This document shows positions 24,287 through 33,700 of a stretch of DNA of 44,480 nucleotides, piece by piece. The DNA comes from a virus. Numbering within the stretch: the first letter of the stretch is position 1; the number at the start of each line of letters is the position of its first letter. The notes beneath the pieces are model-generated. The model had not been told where the DNA came from. It ran no database searches and saw only the letters and a program-made list of their open reading frames with translations. Made by a program: the position numbers and the translations under genes. The stretch is from the IMG/VR virus record IMGVR_UViG_3300048785_000093, positions 1 through 44,480 of that record; one strand, 5' to 3'.

Positions 24287-25225
24287 ATGCTGACAATCAC
24301 TTATACACCCGGCTACGTGTGGACGGTGGGCGAGATCGTGACCGAGGACAAGCTGAACCTCGCGAGCAATCCCATCATCAGCCTCGCCGGCAGCACGAGC
24401 GCGGCCAGCATCGGCGGCGGCAGCATCACCACGGCCATGCTGGAGACTGGCATCTTGAGCGCGGACAGCGCCGGACTGGCCCTGATGGCCGACGGCTATC
24501 TCACGCTGGCCAAGATCGCCAGCGGCATTTTCACCGCCAACGTCCTAGGACGCGCGCCGTTTGCGGCCGGGTGGCTGAATCTGGCGCTGGTGGGCACGGG
24601 CATCTTCCTGGCCACGCCGGCCGGGCGCGCGCCGTTTGCGCCGGGCGTGATCAAGGCTTCCTTGAGCCAGCCGGACGCATGGTTTTACGGCACCGGCGGA
24701 GGCAGCGGCACGCATTACCTCGTTACCTTGTCGCCCCTGTTGAGCGCCTACGTGAACGACAGCAACGTGCAGGTCTATAACAATTACTGGGACGGCCTGG
24801 TGATAGCGTTCAAAGCGCCGGCGACGAGCCTGGCGGCAGCGGACCTAAACGCCGGCCTGGGCGTAAACGCCATTTACCGGCTGGATGGGACGGTCATCCA
24901 GGCGGGCGATATCGTGGCCAATACCATCGTCGAACTCCGGTTTAACAGCAGCCTGGGCAGCGGCGGAGCATGGCAGCAGATGGCCTCCATCCCGGCAGCG
25001 CCGCAGAATTACCGGGCCGGCATCGCCACCACCAGCACCTCAACCACGGGCACGGTGACCTTCTCCACCGCCATGCCGGATGCGCTCTATCTGGTCTTGC
25101 TGTCTTCACATGACAATACGACTGGCGGCGGCGGCCTCTATCTGCTCACCCGGAGCACGAGCGGATTTACCTACCACGCGACGCACGGCGGGACGGTTGG
25201 ATGGATGGCACTCTATACGCACTAA
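24287..25225 (+). CDS. Tail fibre protein
   Basis: N-terminal repeats of the type ITTAMLETGILSADSAGLALMADGYLTLAKIASGIFTANVLG, typical of phage fibre shafts. Confidence 0.6.
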   Translation: MLTITYTPGYVWTVGEIVTEDKLNLASNPIISLAGSTSAASIGGGSITTAMLETGILSADSAGLALMADGYLTLAKIASGIFTANVLGRAPFAAGWLNLALVGTGIFLATPAGRAPFAPGVIKASLSQPDAWFYGTGGGSGTHYLVTLSPLLSAYVNDSNVQVYNNYWDGLVIAFKAPATSLAAADLNAGLGVNAIYRLDGTVIQAGDIVANTIVELRFNSSLGSGGAWQQMASIPAAPQNYRAGIATTSTSTTGTVTFSTAMPDALYLVLLSSHDNTTGGGGLYLLTRSTSGFTYHATHGGTVGWMALYTH

Positions 25226-25226
25226 A

Positions 25227-25739
25227 ATGGAAAACATTCAGACAAATCAACTGGCGCCAATGGCCGTGCAGACGACCGAACGTGAACCCGTGGCTGACTG
25301 GATGGAGTTCTGCCACCATCCGGCATGCGGCGACCTGTTCGCGGCGTGGCCGGACAATATCCTGCGCATCTATCTGCTGTGGCATACACATTGCCGCACA
25401 CTAATTGTGGTGCACGACGAGGCCAGCCGCGTGCTGGGGCTGGCCACGGGGTGGCAATGCCGGGAACGGGACTTGGGAGAACATTGGTTTTGCACGGACC
25501 CCGCGGGCGATTGTTTTTACTTTGACAAGCTGCTGGCCGCGAACCCGCGCGCACTGGCGGCGTTGATCCATGCTTTTACAATACGGTTTCCCCAGTGGCC
25601 GTGGCTGAGGCTATTTGCCCATCGCTACGGTGTGCTGCGGGAAATGAACCGGCGGGAAATCAACATGCTGTATCGCCTGGCCCAGCGCAGGTCCACAAGA
25701 GAGGACTTATGCGAGACCAGGAATTTGATTGGAACTTGA
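25227..25739 (+). CDS. Hypothetical Cys/His/Trp-rich protein (170 aa)
   Basis: ATG at 25227 follows the upstream TAA directly. The part of track ORF 25080 upstream of it overlaps the fibre gene. Confidence 0.5.
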   Translation: MENIQTNQLAPMAVQTTEREPVADWMEFCHHPACGDLFAAWPDNILRIYLLWHTHCRTLIVVHDEASRVLGLATGWQCRERDLGEHWFCTDPAGDCFYFDKLLAANPRALAALIHAFTIRFPQWPWLRLFAHRYGVLREMNRREINMLYRLAQRRSTREDLCETRNLIGT

Positions 25740-26650
25740 GCCGGGTGCTAGCGCACTCGGTGATGCTTGAACATCCCGAAGGCGGTCTGCGCAACAGCGG
25801 GCCATCGGGCGTGAACGTGCCCAACGCCAGCACGATAGGCCAGGCGAACCTGGCCGATCAATCCGCCGCCATGCAGCAAATCCCCAGTTGGATGTCCCAA
25901 CTGGAACCTCAATTCAGCGGCCTTGAGCTGGGCAACATCAACAGCATGCTCTACGGCACGCCGGCCAGCGGCTCCGTGGCGGCGCAGCCGGGCTTGATTG
26001 CGGCTTACCAGAACCTGCAGCCGACGATCAACCAGATGACCACGCAACAGCGCCAGGCCGGCATAACGGACGTGGCCAATCTCGCGCCGGCAGCCATGGC
26101 AGCCACGCGCGCGGGCAACCCGGGCGGAGCGGGACTGGTGGACACCGCGACGGCCCAGGCGCAGCAGCGGCTCAATTTGCAGGGCGCACTGGACCCGTTC
26201 ACCAAGACCATGCTGAACCAGGACATCCGCGGGGCGCAGAGTGCGCGCGGGTTTGGCACGGGCACGAACGACGCCGCAGCGGAGGCTTATTATCAGGACG
26301 CCACGCGCAATTCGCGGTATCAGCAGTCGCTGGGCAATGCCAGCGGCGCGGCGAGCATGAGCCAGGGCTTTTACGGCGACCCGTTCTCGCGCATCCTGGG
26401 CATGCCCACGAGCGGCGTGCCGACGGCGTCGGGCATAATCGGCGGCGCTACGAGCACCGGCCAGCTTGGACTGGGCAATGCCTACAGCCTGTTCAACCCG
26501 AATACGGGTCCGGCACTGAGTCTGGCGCAGCAGCAGTCGAATTTATGGTGGCAAAAGAGCCAGGCCGACTCGGCAAATTCCCAAGCTTACACCAAGATGG
26601 CTGTTTCTGGGGTAGGCTCACTGCTGGGCGGCATGGCTGGTGGAATGTAA
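25709..26650 (+). CDS. Gln/Gly/Ala-rich internal-virion-like protein (start uncertain)
   Basis: Low-complexity composition with a Gly-zipper C-terminus VSGVGSLLGGMAGGM. First gene of the three-gene block that ends in the giant ORF. Confidence 0.5.
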   Translation: MRDQEFDWNLSRVLAHSVMLEHPEGGLRNSGPSGVNVPNASTIGQANLADQSAAMQQIPSWMSQLEPQFSGLELGNINSMLYGTPASGSVAAQPGLIAAYQNLQPTINQMTTQQRQAGITDVANLAPAAMAATRAGNPGGAGLVDTATAQAQQRLNLQGALDPFTKTMLNQDIRGAQSARGFGTGTNDAAAEAYYQDATRNSRYQQSLGNASGAASMSQGFYGDPFSRILGMPTSGVPTASGIIGGATSTGQLGLGNAYSLFNPNTGPALSLAQQQSNLWWQKSQADSANSQAYTKMAVSGVGSLLGGMAGGM

Positions 26651-26664
26651 CAACGAGGTGATTT

Positions 26665-27783
26665 ATGGCTGATGACATGACAGAAGCTGGAGCAATAGGC
26701 GGAGCGGGGCTGGGGAAATTCATTGGCGGATTTATCCAACGCGCCAAACAGGCGAAGACCCTACGAGCTGCCATTGATGATTACGCGCCGCGGTTTGCCG
26801 CTGGAGACAATGACCCGGCAACAGGCCAGCCGGTAACACCGGATCAGGTGGAAAAACTGACGCCGGAAGGACAGTCTAGAGTAGCATGGTCGCATACGGC
26901 CGGGTTGCCAGATTTGGAAGGCTACTGGCAGGGCGAAACCCAGAAGAGGGCCGCGCAAAAGACGCAGGCGGACATTGCCGAGCAACAGGGCCGGGCGAAG
27001 TATTACAGCGACTTTGGGGACATGCGCAAACAGCAGGAACAGACCTCGAAGGACGACGAGGCCGACCGGGAAAACATTTCCAACATGCTGGGCGACTTCA
27101 GCAAGACACACCTTATGCCGGGCGAAACGCCGGACGTGGACCCGGACACGGGCGAACCGGCCACGGACAAGAAACCGTTCAATCCGATGGAGCTGCTGAT
27201 GGGCGCCATGCAGGCCGGCGTGAAGCCGCGCAATCTGCAGTTCATCAGCCAGAGCCTCAAGGACGTGTCGGGGTATGGGACGGACACGGAGGACAAGCCA
27301 AACCTTACCCAGGTGCCATCGGGACCGCCGGGCAGCCAGGGTTACCACACCATCCCGGTATTGACCCGTGGCAAAGGCTGGACGCAGGTGGACCCTGCTT
27401 ATGGCGCGGCGGCACGCGGGGGAGAGACGGCGGAATTGCAGACTCAACGCGAGGCGGCGCGGACCAAACTTGCTCCAAAGGATTTATTGAAGTCCTATCA
27501 GGACGAATTGACGGCGCTGAACAACCCGATGAACTGGTCTGGCACCACGCCGGAAGACAGGGCGGGGCACAGGGCGGAATTGACCGGGAAGATCGAACAG
27601 TTGCGCGGGAACGCGACAGGCGCGCCGGCAGCGGCGGCCACGGCGGCAAAGGGCTCATCGGCTTTAAGCAGCGTGCCGGCGGAGAAGCGGACGGCCGTTG
27701 GCGCATTGCAGCAGCAACTGGTTGCGGGCAAGATCACGAAACAGCAATTCAAGGATGAACTGGGCAAACTGGGCATTCAATGA
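26665..27783 (+). CDS. Internal-virion-like protein (372 aa)
   Basis: N-terminal Gly-rich segment. ATGA-coupled to the giant ORF. Confidence 0.5.
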   Translation: MADDMTEAGAIGGAGLGKFIGGFIQRAKQAKTLRAAIDDYAPRFAAGDNDPATGQPVTPDQVEKLTPEGQSRVAWSHTAGLPDLEGYWQGETQKRAAQKTQADIAEQQGRAKYYSDFGDMRKQQEQTSKDDEADRENISNMLGDFSKTHLMPGETPDVDPDTGEPATDKKPFNPMELLMGAMQAGVKPRNLQFISQSLKDVSGYGTDTEDKPNLTQVPSGPPGSQGYHTIPVLTRGKGWTQVDPAYGAAARGGETAELQTQREAARTKLAPKDLLKSYQDELTALNNPMNWSGTTPEDRAGHRAELTGKIEQLRGNATGAPAAAATAAKGSSALSSVPAEKRTAVGALQQQLVAGKITKQQFKDELGKLGIQ

Positions 27784-30700
27784 GCCTGGCCGATGAACTG
27801 ACCGAGGAAGCCGCGCCACCGTCTTTGGCAGACGATTTGGCGAATGAAGCGCCGCAGCCAATCGGCGACCAACTCGCGCGCGAGGCGCTGGTGCAGCAGA
27901 AGCAAAAGCTGGCGGCCCTGCCGGAAACCGGAAAATGGCGCGAGCTGTTTCCGGCCATGTTCGATCTATCGGACGAGCAGAAGCAAAACGCCGAGACAAC
28001 TCATGGCGCATTTCAGAAGCTGCGCGAATCAGGACTGACACCCACACAGATTGCCCAAAACGCGCAGGCCGTCCACGACAAGTGGGATGCGATCATTTCA
28101 ATGGCTTCGGAGTCCAGGCCGGACAATGTGCCCAAGTTCATTGCGCAGCGGGACGCGGAATTGCGCCAGGCCGGCGTGGAACCGATGAACCTGGACAGCG
28201 CATTTACCCTGCCCAAGATGGACGAGAAGGACGTGCGCGAACTTTTCCCACACGCGCCCGGCCGGGCCGTAAATGCCATCCAAGCCGGCCAGAACACAGC
28301 GGCGGCGCTGGGCGAGGGCTTTGCATCGCCGGAAGGGGTGCTGATGTTTCCAGCCGGGGTGGGGCCACAGGTCGGGCGCGCTTTTCTGGCTCAAATGGCG
28401 GCGAGTTTGCCGGTGGATTTGAGCCAGGCGGCGGGCCATTACTCCGCAGGCGACCCGGAAAGCGGGGACAGCAAACTGATACAAGCGGGCGTGACAGCGG
28501 GCATGCTGGGCATACCCATTGTGGCTGGCAGACGCGCGGGGATACAACCGAAAGGAGCACAAAATGCCGAAGCAATACGAAGCGATACGGGACAGTTACC
28601 TGAAACGGGGCAAATCCCTGAAGGAGGCCAAGAAGCTGGCGGCCATGACGTGGAACAAGGACCACCCGAACAACCCGAACCCGTGGAGTCGGGAGGACGC
28701 GCAGGCGCGGGTGAAGAAGGCGCTGTCGAGCCGCCGACGGTAGCCGATCTGGAGCAGGAAGCGCTCGGCCCCAAACTACCCGATGTTCCACCGGTCGGCC
28801 CGACGCAACAACAACAGAAAGACCCAGACCAGCCGATATTTGACCCGAACGAATTTGGCAGGCTGGTGGCTGAACTCAAGAGCGTCGCCGCACACGATGA
28901 GGCGGTGCTGAATGCGCCGGTGTTGCCGGGGCCGCGCCAGGCGGAGGAAGTTTCGGATGAAGAAATCCAGAAAGCCAAAGCGGAGCCCGAAGCCATGCGG
29001 CAGGCGGAGATTGAACGGGTGCGGGCCAGCGCCGAGGCGCGCGGCGCGCAGGGGACAGCCGGCCCTGCCCGCTGGACGCCGCCAGTGGCCGAGCCGGTAG
29101 AGCCAGTGCCCGCAGCCGAGGGTGGTTACAGGTTTGCGGATGCGGTCAAAGACGCGGGCGGATTGAGCGCGCCGCCGCTGGACGATGCCCTGGCGGAGAT
29201 CCGGAATGGCAAGAGCGCAGCCAGGGTGGTGGCGGAGTGGAGCCACGGCGCCACCGGCCACGACGAACTGGCCGGGATACTCGAGGAGATTGCCGGCGCG
29301 CGGGACAACAAGGAAGCCGTGCTTTACCGTAACTTGCGCGCAGCTTACAAGAAAGCCTTTGCCTGGAACGAGCCCGCCGGCCAGGGCGCGCCGGATGAGA
29401 CGTTGGCGGGCCTGGGAGACATTCAGCGGGCAGGCATGATGCCGGACCATATGCCGGAGACCGAGGAGGAACTTTACCGGCAGCAGTGGGAACATCACAC
29501 AGCCGGGCCGCCCGTTGATGCGGAGGCCACACAGGGGGCACAGGATGCGGCGGATTTTGAAGTCTTTAATAAGAGCCTGACAGTCCATAGTCCAGAGTCC
29601 ACAGTCCCGGAAATTTGGAGCGGCGATCAGAAGCTGGGCGAGGTGCGGACGGGTGCGAGCGGCGCGAAACATTTTGTGCCGGGGCCGGAGGCGGAACGGT
29701 TGCCGCCGGAATATCAACTGGCCGTGATGAGCAAGGCCGGGATTGACATTGAACACGGGATGGCCGTGCCTGCCGGTGGCGAGGCGTTGCCGGGATTGGG
29801 CACCAGCCAGCCGGAACTGGACCCCACCATGCTGCGCAAGCTCACCAAGATGGCGAGCATTCTCGTGGAGCAGGGCAAGACGAGTTTCCCCGATTTCGCC
29901 AGGACGATGAGCCAGGCGCTTGACGGGAAGTTAAACCAGTATTATCATGCGGCATACGAACAAGTGCGGTTTTACACCGAGGCGTGGCACTTGCGGGACC
30001 GGCTTACGCCTCAAGAGGAGACCGAGACTTATGACAACAATGGCAACCGAACCGATCGAGCAGGCGCCGCTGGAGGCGGACCGGAGCTTTCTGGAACAGT
30101 GGGAGGAGCGGGCCGTGGCCGACGACCAGGCCTTCGCGTGGTTGACTTCCGAGATTTACCAGCGCCCAGACCGATTGTCCGCAGTGGCGAATATACGGGG
30201 CCGGGCGGCGCGGGCCTCGATGAGGTCCAGCGCTTCGCCGTCAATGCCGCCCTCACCGCCTTCGACGACGGCAAGAAAGCCTATCTCCTCGGGGACGGCA
30301 CAGGCGTCGGCAAAACCGGCACGGAACTCGCCATTGCCAACGCCTACGCGCAAAAGACCAAGCTCCCCAGCCTGATTGTCACACAGAGCATTCCCATAAT
30401 CGAAAACCGTTTCAAACAGGACGCCGTAAAGCTGGGCGTGCCCATGCAAAACACGACGTTCATCACCTACAGCGATCTGTCCACCGGCAAGGTGCCCGCC
30501 GGGAAGTTTGGCGTGGTGATCTATGACGAGGCTCACAATCTCAAGAACGCCGGCAGCGCGCGGGAGACGTATAGCCGCGACGTGCAGGCGGAACGCAAGG
30601 TCTTTGCCACCGCCACGCCCATGGATGGGCCCACGCACGCCAGTTATTTTTTGAGCGAGCTTACCGGCAAGACGCGGGAACAAATCGCATCGCAACTCGG

Positions 30701-33700
30701 CTTCCATTACGAACAGCGGATGGTGAACGGGAAGAGCCGCACGATGGCCGTGCTGGACAAAGACACGAGCTGGGGCACGGTGGTGGACCATATCAAGAAG
30801 CTGCGCAATCTGGCGGTGCAGGCCGGCCAGTTGATCCGGCGCGAATATCCTTTTTACGGCCGGGCGCAACTGCGCGAGGCGCCAGCCTATTCCAAGGCGC
30901 AGCGGGATGAACAGGAGACGATCATCGCCCATTGGGACAAGCTGATCAACGCCGCGCGACCGGGCAGCAATTACCGGCGCAATCTGGCAGGCCAGAAGAC
31001 GCTCGAGCTTTCGCGCTGGGCGGAGATCCAGAAGCTGCCGCACATCCGCGATGCCATGCTGCAGGATTACAAGGACGGCAAGCACGTAATTGTGTATGCG
31101 GAGAATTACAATCCGAGCATGGTAAAAGGCCTGGGCAAAAGCATTCCCGGTTTTCTCACCGAGTTGGGCAAGGAACTTGACGCCAGGAAAATCCCTTACG
31201 CCAAAGTGTTCGAGGACGATCCGTATGCCAAGGCGAAGGCGGCGGCGGCGTTCCAGGGCGGGCGGGTGAAGGTGTTGCTGGCCACGCCGCGCAGCGGTGG
31301 CGCCGGGCTGGACATGGACGACCAGATCGGTAATGCGCCGCGCCAGGCGCACGCGGCCACGCTCAACTTTAGCGCCGACGTGTTCGATCAGATGCTGGGC
31401 CGCGTCTCGAGGCGCAACACGGCCAGTCCGGCGGATTTTCATGTGTGGATGAACCGGGACAGCTTTGCCGATGGCCGAAGGATGCAGGTGGCGGACCGCA
31501 AATTGCGCGTGCTGCGCAACATCCAAGCGGGCGAAGACCTGGACACCAGCGAGTTTGAAGGGGAAGGGGAGCATGGGATGCCGGATTTCAACGGGGCATT
31601 TGCGTTTGAACCGGCGGAAAGCAGCGCGGAACAGGCGGCGAGGATGGTGGGCGAAGAAGTCCAGAGTCATCAGTCCGCAGTCCGCAGTCAAATGCAGGCG
31701 CGCGCGCAGGAGCGACTCACAGGCAGCACGGGCGATCTGGGACAAGGGGATTTTGTGGGCGGCGGGGATTTGTTCGCGCCAACAACGCGCGCTTCAGTTG
31801 AGCGGCCGATGTTCATTCCGCTCAAAAGCGAGTTCTTCGAGGCCTTCAAGTCGGGCGACAAACGTGAAGAATATCGGAAATATGGGCCCGGCTGGAATGA
31901 GAAAACCGCCCCGGTGGGGCGCAAGGTTGTTCTGTCGAAGGGTTATTCTGGCGAGAGGCTGACGGGCACGATTACCGGATTCAGAAAGGAAACGAATCCT
32001 CAGAGTCTTCCCGGCTGGAATAAGGTGTATGGATCAGAAGCCGGGACGGCGGCCGTCATTGAGATTGCGGTGGATCGAAACGAGTCTGAACATGGCCAGC
32101 CAGCCTTGCAGCGTGGCGGCGTGCCGGGGTTGCCGGTGGAAATGGACCAGACCAAGGCAGGCAAAGCCACCATCGGCCAGATCAATGCGGCGCTCGAAGC
32201 TGTCTCGCGCGCGGCGGGCGGCAATACGCCCATCCGGTCGGGCCGCGTGACCGGCCGCACGGCCATCGGACCGAATCGCGCCATTTACAAGGACCGTCAG
32301 GAAGTTGTCCGCGTGCGCAGTGTGGATGATATTCCCGCCGCCACGCATGAGATTGCCCATGACCTCGCCAAACAGGTGTTTGGGCGCGTGGCAGCCGGAG
32401 GCGATCAGGGTGGCTCTCCCGCGGCCATGCGCGAGCTGGAAGACCTGGGCAAGGCCCTTTACGGCGATGTGAAGCCCCTTGCGGGTTACGGTGGCGAAGG
32501 CTGGGCGGAATATCTCCGGCACTGGCTATCCACCGATGAGGCGCCAACAGTCGCGCCGCACATGACCAAGTGGTTTAATGAGCAGTTTTTGCCGTTACAC
32601 CCGGAGATTGCCGAGGCGCTGACGAAGGCGCGCGAGCTTATCACCACAAGCCGGCTGCAAGGGGCCGCAGCGCGCGCCCAGGCGCAACTGGCGAGGTCGC
32701 CGGGCGCTTTGCGGCAGATTGCCCAGGCATTGGGCCAGTTTGTAAGTTACAAGGCGCAGATTGAATCGTTCGCGCCCCTCGAGCGGCTGGTGAAGGCGGC
32801 GGAAGCCAGGGCGGGCAAGTTGCCGCCATCGGAGAATCCTTTCCTGCTGGCGTCATGGAAACGCGGCAGCGCCGGCGCCACAGTGGAGCGAATGGCCACC
32901 GAGCACATGCTGGATATTTGGGGCAATCCCGTCGGGCCATCGCTGCGCGAGGCGTTTGCGCCGGTGCAGGGCCAGCGCAGCGAGACGTTGCTGCTGGCCT
33001 TTGCCAAGGCGGCACAGGCGCGGTGGGAACAAACGCGCATGGTGACGGACCCAAGGAGCGGCCAGCGCTCTTTTTTACCGGACCCCAAGAATCCCGGCAT
33101 CAGTCTGGCGGATGCACAGCATATCATCAAGACCATGAGCACGCCGCAGCGCGAGATCGCGGTGCAGAAATGGCGTGAGTGGCACAATGGCCTGCTGGAT
33201 TACCTGGTGCAGGCGGATCCGGGCATGAAACCGCTCGCTGACAAATGGAAATCGGCACAGTTTTACATGCCGCTGGCGCGCATGATTGATCCGGCCCGAG
33301 CCAAGGCCGCAGCGGCGCTGGCCAATAGCAATCCTTTCTTCCGCATGCGCGGCAGCGGATTGCCCGTCAAGGATCTGCTGGACCAGACCATGCTGAATGC
33401 CGCGCGGCTGGTGAACCGGGCCAATCGCGCGCTCGTCACCAACAGCATCGTAAAATTGTCCAATCTCGAAGGGATGGGCCATTTGGTCGAGGCCATCCCG
33501 CGCGGGCGTGTGCGCAATCTGGTGTCGCTTGATCAGGTGCGGGCGCAGCTCGAGGACTTGGGCATTGACACAAGCGAAATGCCGAAGGATCGGATGCTGG
33601 AGTATTGGACGCCGGCGGACATGCCCAAAGGCAGCGCGCCGATCATCGCGGTGGGCAGTCCCGGCCAGCGGCGCTGGTTTCAGGTGGACCCGGAGCTTTA

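Noticed and set aside
27935-28603. 222-aa + strand ORF in an alternative frame of the giant gene. Other out-of-frame ORFs lie at 29947..30375, 31465..31962, 33508..33879 and 26886..27758.
   Set aside because: They are Arg/Gly/Ala-rich and have no SD sequence. None shows a local collapse of main-frame coding signal, unlike the 28564..28743 ORF, which I kept.
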